The notes under the pieces: model-generated
Told to the model about the DNA's origin: nothing
Seen by the model: only the letters and a program-made list of their open reading frames with translations
Databases searched by the model: none
Assembly: GCA_964016885.1 (NCBI GenBank)
Contig: OZ024760.1
Location: forward strand, 3,596,001-3,660,000
Direction: 5' to 3'
Length of the DNA stretch: 64,000 bases
From: Eledone cirrhosa
Taxonomy: Eukaryota
Shown: positions 1-13,330 of the stretch, in pieces
Position numbering within the stretch: position 1 is the first letter of the stretch
Layout: each line of letters starts with the position of its first letter
Program-made: the position numbers and the translations under genes

Positions 1-81
1 GTTTGAAATCATCAGTTTTAGTTCTCTAGAAGTCATTTCTGTGCGATATATATATGTATAGCTTCATAAACCTATATTTAT

Positions 82-113
<32 letters not shown>

Positions 114-320
114 TATGGAATACTGTTGGCTTTTTGCTACAATATTTTCTATACCTTTCATTTATATATATATATATATATTATAAGAATATATATATAT
201 ATATTCTTATATATATATTATATATTCTTATATTACTCTTTTACTCTTTTACCTGTTTCAGCCATCCGAATATAAGAATATATATATATATATATATATA
301 TTATAAGAATATATATATAT

Positions 321-353
<33 letters not shown>

Positions 354-420
354 ATATATATAAGAATATATATATATATTCTTATATATATATATAGATA
401 TATATATATATATTCTTATA

Positions 421-605
421 ATTGTTTCTACTTTAGGCACAAGGCCAGCAATTACCCAGTGCGTGACTGGTACTTTATTTTATCGACCCCGTAAGGATGA
501 AAGGCAAAGTTAACCTTGGCGGGATTTGAACTCAGACTGTAAAGGGACGTAACTATGCTAGAAAGCATGGCGTCCGACCCTCTACCGATACTGCCAATCC
601 ACCGC
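421..605 (-). mobile_element. tRNA-derived SINE, family A (conserved central domain ...tttgcctttcatcctt.cggggtcgataaaataaagtaccag)
   Basis: Reverse complement has A-box-like tggcagtatcgg, B-box gagttcaaatcc, central domain and tail aattgctggccttgtgcctaaagtagaaacaat; near-identical to copies at 39645, 49900 and 54714. Confidence 0.85.
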
Positions 606-665
606 TATATATACATATATTCTTATAATATATATATATGGATAAATATATATATATATATACTG

Positions 666-697
<32 letters not shown>

Positions 698-1295
698 AGT
701 GTGTGTGTTTCTAGGTAGGTAGTTATAGATATATATGGAGGATATCTAGTTTTATGTGTTTTTCTTTTATGATGGACATATTTCATATTTAGTTTAAAGT
801 GCATTGCACGTGACTTCCTATTTATGTGTGTGTGAATGAGAGAGAAAACACTTTTATGTGGACATATGTATGTGCGTGTGTGTATGAGTGTGTATGTTTG
901 TGTGTGTGTGTGTGTATGTGTGTGGTGTGTGCGTGTGTGTTTATGTGTATGTGTGTGGTGTGTTTTTCTGTGTGTGTGTGTGTGTTTCTCTCTTTCTCTG
1001 TTTGTGGTGTGCGTGTGTGTGTGTGTGCGTGCGTGCGTGTGTGCGTGCGTGTGTGTGTGTGTGTGTGTGTGTTAGCATATGAGTATGAGTGGAATCACGA
1101 GAAAGTGACAGAATGTGAAATGGAGACGGACGGAGTTTAAGAATAGTTTGTGTATTGATATGAGTAGTGGGGTGAGGTGTGTGAGTGAAAGACAGAGAGG
1201 GGAGAGAGAGAGAGAGAGAGAAGGAACAAGTATGTTTGTGAGAACATGAGAGAGAGTAAAGGATACTGAATTAAGCAGATTGAGTAAGGAGAGTA

Positions 1296-1327
<32 letters not shown>

Positions 1328-1790
1328 AGAGTGTGTTTGTGTGAGAGAAAGAGAGTGTGTGAAAATGAGGGAGAGAGTACGTGTGTGTGTGTATGTGTGT
1401 GTTATATTTATACATATATGAATGTGAGTACGTGTTTTGTGTGTTTTGTGTGTTTTGTGTAGTTTGTACACTGTGTAGTGTATGTTATATGAATGCAATG
1501 TAGAGGATATGTATGTGTGTAATATGTGATATATGTGTGTATATAGTGTGTATTATATATATGTATGTGTAGTACGTGTGTGTATGTAATGTGTATGCAA
1601 TGTGTTGTATATGCGTGTATGTGTATAACGTTTAGTATATATATATATGTGTGTGTTTATGTGATGTGTAGCATATGTGTGTACAAAGCAGCAGAGACGC
1701 TGCGGTGTGGCTAGTTGCTAGGCGACAAAGAGCCATTACATGACAATACAAACCTACCTCCCAGAGTCGATCAATTTTTACTGAAGATTG

Positions 1791-2110
1791 ACTAATATCT
1801 GGGTCTCTACTGTGACCACACATACATACATATATACATACAAACATATATACACATATACACACATATATATACACATATATATACATACATACACACG
1901 TACTAATAGCTGGGTCTCTACTGTGACCACACATATATACATATATACACACATACATATATACATACTACCACACGTACTAATAACTGGGTCTCTACTG
2001 TGACCACACATACATACATATATACATACATATATACACATATATACACATATATACACATATACATACATACACACGCACTAATAGCTGGGTCTCTACT
2101 GTGACTACAA
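1791..2110. repeat. Compound minisatellite: 4 copies of 30-bp core actaatagctgggtctctactgtgaccaca separated by variable (CA/TA) tracts
   Basis: Core seen at ~1791, 1902, 1979 and 2080. Confidence 0.85.
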
Positions 2111-2420
2111 ATACACAAACAGCCATGCATGTACACACGTACTTGGACACACACACACACATACACAAGCCAAAGAGAAAGACAGAGACTCCCCCCACCC
2201 CCGGGTCGCCCAGCATGCTAGAAACAGCTGCTAAATCGCCCACAAATGACCCCCTACTATCTGGAGAAAGAAAAGGATATATTAGATAACGTGGTCATAG
2301 ATACAACTTAAAGGACGTGGTGGTCATTGATGGAATGCTCTTGAACATAGGTCTGCACGATAAAGCTTGTCCTGGGGCTAAACAAAAACAAACAAAAAAA
2401 TACAATATACTCGAATACAA

Positions 2421-2472
<52 letters not shown>

Positions 2473-2479
<7 letters not shown>

Positions 2480-2546
2480 CATACTTGGGGAGGGTCATAT
2501 TGTTGTAATATTACAACAATATGACCCTCCCCAAGTATAACAATAT
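2473..2546. repeat. 74-bp palindrome with no spacer, 1 mismatch
   Basis: atattgtcatacttggggagggtcatattgttgtaat|attacaacaatatgaccctccccaagtataacaatat; the right arm family recurs unfolded at ~28945-29035. Confidence 0.9.
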
Positions 2547-2599
2547 TTGTTTCGGCACACGATTTCATATCAAAAACCTTGCAAAACGTGAAATAATCG

Positions 2600-2812
<213 letters not shown>

Positions 2813-2815
2813 CTG

Positions 2816-2957
<142 letters not shown>

Positions 2958-3040
2958 CGATTATTTCATCGGTTATTTCACGCATGCTATATCTGTGTTG
3001 ATATTCTGTCTGTATTTTGCTATGAGTAAATCCTTCATAA

Positions 3041-3168
3041 ATTGGTGAGTTGGCAGAGTCGATAGAACGTCGGATAAAATTCTTTGCAGTATTCGTTGCA
3101 GCTCTCTGTGCTCTGAGTTCAAATCCCATCGAGGCCAACTTTGCTTCTCATACTTCCAAGGTCGAAAG
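3041..3168 (+). mobile_element. SINE family A, diverged
   Basis: ttggcagagtcg...ctgagttcaaatccc...actttgcttctcatacttccaaggtcga. Confidence 0.7.
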
Positions 3169-3237
3169 TTAGGGAAAGGATGCGAATGAGAGGCAGACTC
3201 TACACCTTAGTCTAGGTGGTATATTTCAGCTGCACTC

Positions 3238-3335
3238 CCGCGGACGAACGGGGAAGGCATTGTCGCAAAAACAGCCAGCGACTCTCGCCGCATCAGCCAC
3301 TCTACCTCACGAGGCTCCATCCCCAGGCGTGATGT
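3238..3335 (-). pseudogene. Degenerate C-terminal fragment of an RLE-type (CRE-like) non-LTR retrotransposon ORF
   Basis: Minus translation SRLGMEPREVEWLMRRESLAVF/CDNAFPV, homologous to the copy at 5941-6160; matches the pattern PRE..WL.QR.S.A..RGNA. Confidence 0.6.
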
Positions 3336-3477
3336 ATTTCTTCTAGTTGTCAACTAATGTTTTTCTACCTAATTTTCTTGCACGTTGCTATATCGCAATA
3401 TATTGCGATGGCGCTGTGTCTGTAAATGCATGGTTAACCAACGAGACTGTGGTTTTGTGACCGTTGTAACAATTTGA

Positions 3478-4190
3478 GTCATATAAGTTATACTTACATG
3501 TTTAACATTGTAATTTCTGTATTACATCGGTCCTAATGGATTAAGTCAGACATACAAGTCGGTTGAACATGTATTTGACTGGGGATTATGAGAGATGGGA
3601 GAAGCAAAAAAAGGAAGGATTTAAGGAACAAAGCCATTTAGATGCTTGAATCACCCTCCAGTTCACTATAATTAATTTTGATGAAATGAAGGAAAATTAT
3701 AATTTTAGAACTATGGATATATCGAATTATACTTGATTAATATGGATTAGTGGTTAAAGTGTTGGGCTCACAATCGTGAGGTTGTGAGTTTAATTCCGGG
3801 ACCGGGCGGCGTGTTGTTTCCTTGAGCAAGACGATTTATTTCACATTGCTTTAGTTTATTCATCTGGAAAAAGGGAGCTGCGACATCACTGGTGTCAAGC
3901 TTTATCGACCTCTGCCTTCCCCTTGGACAACATTGGTGGCGTTGAGATAGGAAACGTACATGCATGGGTGACTGCTGGTCTTCCACAAAAACACATTACC
4001 CGGAGAGGACCTTTCTACGTGCAAACCTATGTTCAACCATGACCGAACCATGACCAAAGGGGACCACCCCTCACACTTGGAAATTGCGTATTTCAACAAA
4101 TATACGCAGGAAAATCAATAATTTGGATGAAATCCCTCAAAATTTTTTAATTTTACTAGAATCTGTTGTTAGCAAAAATGCCAATACGAT
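3478..4190 (+). pseudogene. Possible decayed GIY-YIG endonuclease (Penelope-like element) interrupted by a SINE
   Basis: One frame reads VI*VILTCLTL*FLYYIGPNGLSQTYKSVEH, giving the YIG-x11-EH spacing of GIY-YIG; LEIAYF follows after the SINE. Confidence 0.4.
3742..4072 (+). mobile_element. SINE family B (CORE-like), near full length
   Basis: tagtggttaaagtgttgggctcacaatcgtgaggttgtgagtttaattccggg tRNA-like head, then ccttgagcaagac core. Confidence 0.75.
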
Positions 4191-4429
4191 GGGGTTTATT
4201 TAGGGTTTGATAGACGGAAAGAAAAGAACAATTCGTATTGAAAATGTAGGCACAAAAGGGCCAAAAAACATACAGAACCAACTAACCCTTTAGGATCGAG
4301 GTCGGTTCAGAAAAAAAAAAAAGAGAAAAGGTGACACAAAAGTGAACAGTTGCAAAAATGGTGACTGACTTATTAAAATATTTCTGGCTTGTGTAGCTGG
4401 AAATAACATGTTTAGCTTGAACAGATGAT

Positions 4430-4474
4430 TACACCACTACCGCCAGAATCATTACCACCACCATCACCACCACC

Positions 4475-4529
<55 letters not shown>

Positions 4530-4585
4530 ACCACACTACCATTATCACCAACAACACGACTAACCACACTACCATTACCACCATC

Positions 4586-4658
<73 letters not shown>

Positions 4659-4854
4659 ACCACACTACCATTACCACTACTACTACTACTACTACTAACA
4701 ACAACACTACTAACCACACTACCATTACCACCAGCACCACCACCACCACCACCACCACTACTACCAACAACACTACTAACCACACTACCATTACCACCAT
4801 TACCACTACTACTACTACTACTAACAACACTACCATTACCACCATCACCACCAT

Positions 4855-4901
<47 letters not shown>

Positions 4902-5053
4902 ACCACACTACCATTACCACCATCACCACCACCACTACTACTACTACTACTAATACCACTACTACTAACCACACTACCATTACCACCACCACCACCACTA
5001 CTACTACTATTACCAACAACACTACTAACCACACTACCATTACCACCATCACC

Positions 5054-5093
<40 letters not shown>

Positions 5094-5116
5094 ACCACAC
5101 TACCATTACCACCATC

Positions 5117-5159
<43 letters not shown>

Positions 5160-5257
5160 ACCACACTACCATTACCACCATCACCACCACCACCACCACC
5201 ACTACTACTACTATTACCAACAACACTACTAACCACACTACCATTACCACCATCACC

Positions 5258-5297
<40 letters not shown>

Positions 5298-5320
5298 ACC
5301 ACACTACCATTACCACCATC

Positions 5321-5363
<43 letters not shown>

Positions 5364-5395
5364 ACCACACTACCATTACCACCATCACCACCACC

Positions 5396-5432
<37 letters not shown>

Positions 5433-5752
5433 ACCACACTACCATTACCATCACCACCACCACCACCACCACCACCACTACTACTACTACCAACAACACT
5501 ACTAACCACACTACCATTACCACCATCACCACCACCACCACCACCACTACTACTACTACCAATAACACTACTAACCACACTACCATTACCACCATCACCA
5601 CCACCACCACCACCACCACTACTACTACTACCAACAACACTACTAACCACACTACCATTACCACCACCACCACCACCACCACCACCACCACTACTACTAC
5701 TACTACCAACAACACTACTAACCACACTACCATTACCACCATCACCACCACC

Positions 5753-5784
<32 letters not shown>

Positions 5785-5915
5785 CAATAACACTACTAAC
5801 CACACTACCATTACCACCATCACCACCACCACCACCACCACCACCACCACCACTACTACTACTACTACCAATAACACTACTAACCACACTACCATTACCA
5901 CCATCACCACCACTA
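4430..5915. repeat. Compound (ACC)n/(ACT)n minisatellite with recurring core ctaaccacactaccattaccaccatcacc
   Basis: Core repeated more than 20 times with variable triplet runs; several frames open simply because of composition. Confidence 0.9.
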
Positions 5916-5940
5916 CCAATGGAATTCCTCGTTGGAAGTA

Positions 5941-6160
5941 ATAACAAACCGGGGATTGACCGGCCACTTGACTGCACTGGTCACCGTTGAGACCTCAGGG
6001 TTACTTGGACCCCGTACAACCGAGATCTTCCACAAGATCGTAACGTCGGTGCCCCGTCTGCGAAAGGAGCCCCGAGAGGTTGGGTGACTGTTGCAGCGGG
6101 TGTCACTGACCATTGTCCGCTGGAATGCTTTTGCGGTCTTGTCCACGGGGCGTAGCTCTT
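5941..6160 (+). pseudogene. Degenerate 3' ORF end of an RLE-type (CRE-like) non-LTR retrotransposon
   Basis: Frame from 5941 reads ITNRGLTGHLTALVTVETSGLLGPRTTEIFHKIVTSVPRLRKEPREVG*LLQRVSLTIVRWNAFAVLS, matching the ETxG...PRE..WL.QR.S..I.RGNA C-terminus, with a premature stop. Confidence 0.7.
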
Positions 6161-6278
6161 CTGTCCTCATACCCCAGGCCCAAGCCTAATCATCCTCCCC
6201 CTTCACCCCCGTTTCTTCTGCAGCACTAGAATTTTTCTTTCTTTTTATTGTTGTTGTTATTCTTATTATTACAGTATT

Positions 6279-6460
6279 TTGGCAGTATCTGTAGAGCGTC
6301 AGATGCCATGCTTTGCACCATAAGAGTTATGGCTTTTTACGTTCTGAGTTCAAATCCCGCCGAGGTTAACTTTGCCTTTCATCCTTACGGGGTCGATAAA
6401 ATAAAGTACCAGTAATGCAGTGAGATAATTGCTGGCCTTGTGCCAAAAGTAGAAACAATT
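6279..6460 (+). mobile_element. SINE family A
   Basis: B-box gagttcaaatccc, central domain, tail gctggccttgtgccaaaagtagaaacaatt. Confidence 0.85.
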
Positions 6461-6829
6461 ATTATCATTATTACTGTAAATGGTAGAAATAATTATTACT
6501 GTAAATGAAAATTAAACTGTTAAAAAAAAATAGAGTAACGATAAACACTTTAGTTTTAAACTGTGATGTGTAAAATTACACACACAAGTACACCAGCTCT
6601 GTGTTTTAACCAACAAACAAAATTGCTGGCCTTGGTTCTTAAACTAAAAACCATCATTTTAGTACATCCCATTTTCCCCGGCTCTATTGTAGCTCCCAAT
6701 GGGGGAAAATAAAAGTAAAAACTAGTAATGGCTGCTGCTTGAACCAGTATCAGGCAAGTTACAGTAGCTAACAGTGTAACAACGTTATATAATTGTAACC
6801 TAATTATGGGATAATGTTGTGTGTTTCTG

Positions 6830-7320
6830 TGTTTGTGTGTTGCCGCGCTTGTGGGTTTTGTGAGTGTATATGTGTGTGTGTGTGTTGCCGCGCTTGTGGT
6901 CTTTGTGTGTGTATGGATATGTGGATGTGTGTCTGTGTTGCCGCGCTTGTGGTTTGTGTGTGTTGCCGTGCTTATGGGCTTTGTGTGTGTGTTGCCGTGC
7001 TTGTGGTCTTTATGTGTGTGTGTTGCCGTGCTTGTGGTCTTTGTGTGTGTGTGTGTTGCCGTGCTTGTGGTCTTTGTGTGTGTGTGTGTTGCCGTGCTTG
7101 TGGTCTTTGTGTGTGTGTGTGTGTTGCCGTGCTTGTGGTCTTTGTGTGTGTGTTGCCATACTTTTGGTCTTTGTGTGTATGTGTGTGTGTATGTGGATGT
7201 GTGTCTTTGTTGCCGCGCTTGTGTGTGTGTGTGTGTGTTGCCACGCTTGTGGTCTTTGTGTGTGTGCATGTGGATGTGTGTGTGCGGTTGTGTGTTGCCC
7301 TGCCTGTGGTCTTTGTGTGT
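6830..7320. repeat. Minisatellite gttgcc(g/a)(c/t)gcttgtggtcttt(gt)n
   Basis: About 12 tandem units with a variable GT run. Confidence 0.85.
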
Positions 7321-7654
7321 GTGATTGTGTAGTTGAGCGTGCGTGTTTGTGTTGTATATATGTGTGTGTAGGTGTGTGTGCAAACCGTGCCTGTGGTTTT
7401 GTGTGTATGAATGAACGTATGTATTTATGTGAATGGATGTGTATGTATGTGTGTAAATGGATATGTATGTATGTATATATGTATATATATATAGATGTGT
7501 GTGTGTGTGTATGTGTATGTATGTATAATATATGTATGTACGTATATATATATGTATATATGTGTGTATGTATGTGTTCACATGTGACAACAACCAGTGT
7601 TATATCGATCTATATGTAATAGTCATGTGACTCATACCTTACGTGTGTGGGCTC

Positions 7655-7950
7655 CTAAGTTCCCGTGTGTGTGTGTGTGTGATTGTGAGTTCCTATGTGG
7701 GTGTGTGTGTGTGTGTGTGTGTGTGAGTGTGAGTTTCTGTGTGTGTGTGTGTGTGTCTGTGTGTGAGTGAGTTCCTATGTGTGTGTGTGAGTGTGAGTTC
7801 TTATGAGTGTGAGTTCCTATGTGTGTGTGAGTGTGTGTGTGTGTGTGTGAGTTCCTATGTGTGTATGTGTGTGTGAGTGAGTGTGAGTGTGTGTGTGAGT
7901 GTGAGTTCCTATGTGTGTGTGTGTGAGAGTGTGAGATCCTGTGTGTGTAT
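7655..7950. repeat. Minisatellite gtgagttcctat(gt)n
   Basis: Repeated core within a GT microsatellite. Confidence 0.75.
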
Positions 7951-8193
7951 GTTCATGTTATAGACCTCGTGTGTATGAATGTCCTATATATGGGTCAATG
8001 TGTACGTGTGCGTGTTAGCATCTATTCATGCATGCACACACAAACACACTATAATGTTGGCAGTGACTTCGAAGTTTCAGGAAACTAATTAGGCTGATAA
8101 CTTATTATGGATTCTAATTTAGGGACACGGTCAGCAATTGGAGGAAGGGGGTAGATTACATCAACCCCAGTACTTCACTCTGTGTGTGTATAC

Positions 8194-8269
<76 letters not shown>

Positions 8270-8406
8270 GTGTGTGTGTATATATGTATATAAAATATTA
8301 AAAGAGAACAAAGAATCAGTGTTGCATCATATACATATTTAGTTACATATTACACATGTTTCACTGCTGATCAGCTCGAGGAAGAATTGATTAATGTTCG
8401 GAAGCT

Positions 8407-8500
<94 letters not shown>

Positions 8501-9037
8501 CATACACATATACATATACATATATATACACAAACGTTAGAGAAAAGATATATCTATTTTGCTAGTCATCTTTTCCTCTACATCAATTTAATTCGGTAGC
8601 ACCACGACCACCTTACACCGCCTCACCCTATTCTCTACTCACGACACACTGACCCACAATTCTTTCTGTCCTCCGGGGAGGTCAGCGCTTGGACCCCATT
8701 TGCTCTTAATAGTGAGAGATGAGGAGGGCGAGAGAGACGGAGGCGATGACAGTGGGAGTTTGGTTTCTCTGTGTTCGGACCTGGGGTACATGTGAGTGTA
8801 TTTTTACACTATCGACCCTTTCATTTCCGCTTTACACAGATGCTCTCCTTATATGATGAGATTCTAGGAGACTCGAAGCGGGATTATTTCTGTTTAAGCT
8901 GATGATCGAATATAATGCACTCTATACTCTGAAGTATTTTGTACTTTAGTTTATATCTGTAAACCTAGTTCTCATGAAAAAAATTCACCAACACACTCAT
9001 ACATACTCACACACAGACAAACACATTTCATATAAAT

Positions 9038-9084
9038 ATCATAGTAATACAAGTTTCAATTCGTTTGAAATCATCAGCAATGAT
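9038..9084 (-). ncRNA. Degenerate type I hammerhead ribozyme motif
   Basis: Minus strand: atcattg CTGATGA tttcaaacgaatt GAAA cttgtat TA ctatgat; stem I 6/7 bp, stem III mismatched; same family at 1-38. Confidence 0.4.
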
Positions 9085-9266
9085 CTGACGATTTCGAACG
9101 AATGACTGTTGTAATCAGATAGAATAATTTTTATATGAAACAATTCTAGTCCTGTAGAAGTAGTCATTTTTAGATGAAATAAAATTGTACCTTCTTTATT
9201 AATGTATTGAGTACCTTATTTCACTATGGTACCCTTCCATTCCTCTTTGAAAAAACCATTCTTAAT

Positions 9267-9353
<87 letters not shown>

Positions 9354-9469
9354 GCACACGCGTAACAGGTCGACACACAATTTAAAAAAAGGCAAATACA
9401 TGTAAAAGAAACTTCATCGTTTTTCTTAATGTATAAAACCATAGTCATTAGTGATCGATGGGGGCCTTA

Positions 9470-9811
9470 AAATATATGTGTGCGTATATATATATGTGTG
9501 TGTGTTTATGTATATATATATATGTATATGTGTGTGTATGTATACATATATATGTATATAAGTATGTATATATATGTATGTACACATGTACATATATATA
9601 TATATGTGTATGTATATATATATATATATATGCATATATATGTATGTATATATGTATAATTATATATATATGAGGATATATATATGTGTATATTATATAT
9701 ATATATATATAGAACCATAGTTACAGAAAGTAAGGGAAAATGTAAAATATATGTGTGCGTATATATATATATGTGTGTGTGTATGTATGTATACATATAT
9801 ATGTATATAAG

Positions 9812-9879
<68 letters not shown>

Positions 9880-9893
9880 TATGTATATATAAG

Positions 9894-9952
<59 letters not shown>

Positions 9953-10093
9953 ATGTATATATATATATATATATGGATGTATATATATGTATATATATAT
10001 GATTGTATATATATGTATATATATATATGTATGTATATATATATGGATGTATATATATATGTATATATATATGTATGTATATATATATGTATG

Positions 10094-10126
<33 letters not shown>

Positions 10127-10363
10127 ATGTATGTATATATATGTATATATATATGTATATATATGTATATATATATGTATATATATATGTATATATGTAT
10201 ATATATATGTATATATGTATATATATGTATATATATATATATGTATATATATGTACATATATATATGTATATATATATGTATGTACATATACACATGTAC
10301 ATATATATATATGTATGTATATATATATATATGCATCTATATGTGTGTATGTATAATTATATA

Positions 10364-10420
<57 letters not shown>
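9470..10420. repeat. (TA)n/(TATG)n microsatellite block with duplicated unique segment accatagttac.aaagtaagggaaaatgtaaa (9713, 10422)
   Basis: Direct inspection. Confidence 0.9.
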
Positions 10421-10422
<2 letters not shown>

Positions 10423-10654
10423 CCATAGTTACACAAAGTAAGGGAAAATGTAAATTTTGGAAATGTTTAATTCATTGTAAACCAGGGAGGGAGGTAGTTT
10501 AGCATTTGTACTCCGGTAAAAGCAGTTCCTGATAAAACCTCTGCAGTGATCTTCTCCCACCCCATCCATTTCACCCGGTGCCTTAAACACGTGCTTATTT
10601 TGTTGAATGGTTGTTATATGGATAGCCCTACTATAGTAGGCTTATGTATCTGAA

Positions 10655-10901
10655 TGTAATGTTTGTATGTATGTATGTATGTATGTTTGTATGTATGTAT
10701 GTATGTATGTATGTATGTATGTATGTATGTATGTATGTATGTATGTATGTATGTATGTATGTATGTTCTTCTGGTCTTATAATTTCACAAATTTTTGTAT
10801 GTATGTATCTATGGTACGTTTGTATGAATGTATGTTTGTATGTATGTATATATGGTACATTTGTATGTATGTATCTATGATAAATGAATGAATGTATATG
10901 C

Positions 10902-10970
<69 letters not shown>

Positions 10971-11006
10971 CCTCTCTCTCTCTCTCTTTCTTTATATATA
11001 TATATA
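10655..11006. repeat. (TATG)n, (CT)n and (TA)n microsatellites
   Basis: Direct inspection. Confidence 0.9.
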
Positions 11007-11015
11007 TCGGAGCTG

Positions 11016-11199
11016 TGGTAAGGAACCAGGTAGACTATAACTCACCAGAGTACTCAATACTTAGGGTAGTAGAGTGGGTAATATGGAAATGTTTAACCCC
11101 GACGGCAGAGCTCAAGCCGTTTCGACGGCTATTTCTGGACTCAGAGTCCAGAAATAGCCGTCGAAACGACTTGAGCTCTGCCGTCGGGGTTAAACATTT
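11016..11199. mobile_element. Dispersed repeat (ggtaaggaaccagg...tactcaatacttagggtagtagagtgg) ending in a 113-bp foldback palindrome
   Basis: 55-bp arms 11087-11141 and 11145-11199, 1 mismatch, 3-nt loop; family also at 18178, 29139 and 46310-46440. Confidence 0.8.
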
Positions 11200-11240
<41 letters not shown>

Positions 11241-11332
11241 TTATTGTAAACCCCCACTGTCCGAGTCTTTGTATTGTCCCCCACATGTCGGCTCTTGTGG
11301 CCAATAAATGAAATCATCATCATTATTATTAT

Positions 11333-11373
<41 letters not shown>

Positions 11374-11652
11374 ATTTCATTTATGTATATATCTGTATAT
11401 ATATTCTATATATATATATGTATATTGTATGTACTTTTATATTAGAACCAAACGTACTTATATCTGTGTGCGTGCGCGCGCGAGTATGTTGGCGCGAGCA
11501 TCTATGTCTCAATGTGAATGTATGTCCACGTGTGTATATATAGGTTATTGCGTATGTGTACGTGTGTATATATAGGTTATTGCGTATGTGTACGTGTGTA
11601 TACTTGTGTGAATATATTGGTTTTGGGAGCAATAAATAAATAAATGAATGAA

Positions 11653-11687
<35 letters not shown>

Positions 11688-13064
11688 GGCCATGTAAGGA
11701 AAAAAGCGAAAGAAAGAACGAGGCAATTAATGAACGAGTTCGGATTGAATGAAGACATGAGAGATGAGAACATGGAATGGAACAGAATTGGGAATGGATA
11801 GAAGGAAGGAAGAATTGGTGAACGAACGAATAAACGGAAAGGAGAGCAATAGATGGAGATAGAATGAGATAAAGAGAGAGGGGCAGATAGTTAATAGATA
11901 GAATGAGATAGAGAGAGGGGGAAACAGATGTGAGCTAGAATGAGATAGAGAGAAAGGGAGAGATAGATAGATAGAGAGAGAGGAAGGGATATATATATAG
12001 AGAGAGAGAAGAAAAGGAGAGTAAGAGATATAGATAGAATGAGATAGGGAAAGGGAGAGAGAGGAGAGTTAGATAGAAAGGTAGATAGAGGTAGAAAGAG
12101 AATAAGATATCGTGAAAGAAATACAAGGGAATGAGTTAATAAGAGGAAGGAGAATTTTATTGGAATGAGAAAACCAAAAATTAGAACGAAGAAAAGATGG
12201 AAAAGAAGAAATAAAGGAGGAAAGAGATCGAGAGAGAGAATGAAAGAGATAGTGAGAAGGAGAGAGAAGGAGAGAGGAAAGTTTGATAAAGAGAAGGAAA
12301 GATTGAAAGAGAGATGGTGGGTGGGAGGTTAAGAATGAAAAATGAAAGTGAAAGAGAGATGAAGAAAGAAAGAACGAGAGAAAGAGAAAAGGAAATAGTA
12401 TGAAGGAGAGACAGAGAGAGAAAGAGAGAGAGAGACTGACAGAGATTTTTAGAGAGGGGGAAATATAAGAGAGAGAAAGCGAGAGAGAATGTGCGTGAAG
12501 AAGAGAGAGGGGGTGGAGAAAAAAGGGAGAGAGTGAAAGTGGGAGAGAGTTTGAGAGAAAGAGAGAGAGAAAGAAAGAGGGAAAGAGAAAGAAAGAGAGC
12601 AAGATAGGTACAGAAATTTTCGTTCAAAATGGAGGTAAAAAGAGGAAAAAAGCCGGTTGTTATTGTTGTACTTGTTATTGTTGTTGTTATTGTTGTACTT
12701 GTTATTGTTGTACTTGTTATTGTTGCTGTACTAGTTATTGTTGCTGTATTAGTTATTGTTGTTGTACAAGCAGTTGTTGTTGTTGCTGCTGCATCAGTTA
12801 TTGTTGCACTATTTATTATTGTTGCTGTTGTAGTTGTTGTTGATGTTGTTGTTGTTGGTGTTGTAGTTGTTATTGCTGTTGTTGCTGTAGTAATTGTTGT
12901 TGTTGTTGTTGATATTATTGCTGCTGCTGCTGGTGTTTTTTCCTGTTGTTGCAGTTGTTGTTGTTCTTGCTGTTATTGTTTGTTCCGCCTTTACAAGAGA
13001 TGGAAAGATGGATTAACCAATGAGAAGCCGTCATTTCTGGCTGTTTATTATGGCTTCTTCAATG

Positions 13065-13330
13065 TGTTGTAATGTGTTGTGTTATGTTGCGTGTGTGTGG
13101 TGTTGTGTTATGCTGCGTGTGTGTGGTGTTGTGTTATGTTGCGTGTGTGTGGTGTTGTGTTATGTTGCGTGTGTGTGGTGTTGTGTTATGCTGCGTGTGT
13201 GTGGTATTGTGTTATGCTGCGTGTGTGTGGTGTTGTGTTATGCTGCGTGTGTGTGGTGTTGTGTTATGCTGCGTGTGTGTGGTGTTGTGTTATGCTGCGT
13301 GTGTGTGGTGTTGTGTTATGCTGCGCGTGT
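13065..13330. repeat. 26-bp minisatellite gtgttgtgttatgctgcgtgtgtgtg, about 10 copies
   Basis: Tandem units visible. Confidence 0.9.

Noticed and set aside
1791-2110. 30-bp repeats with variable spacers resembling CRISPR
   Set aside because: The spacers are CA/TA microsatellites
4412-5990. Three overlapping ORFs of about 520 aa
   Set aside because: Triplet-repeat artefacts with no domain content
6279-6370. tRNA genes suggested by A/B boxes (also at other SINE heads)
   Set aside because: No cloverleaf; these are SINE heads
8360-8950. Additional hammerhead-like cores (ctgatca...ggaagctc; atgatgag...ctcgaagc; ctgatga...tgaagta)
   Set aside because: Conserved core positions are mutated or stems unconvincing; at most decayed relics
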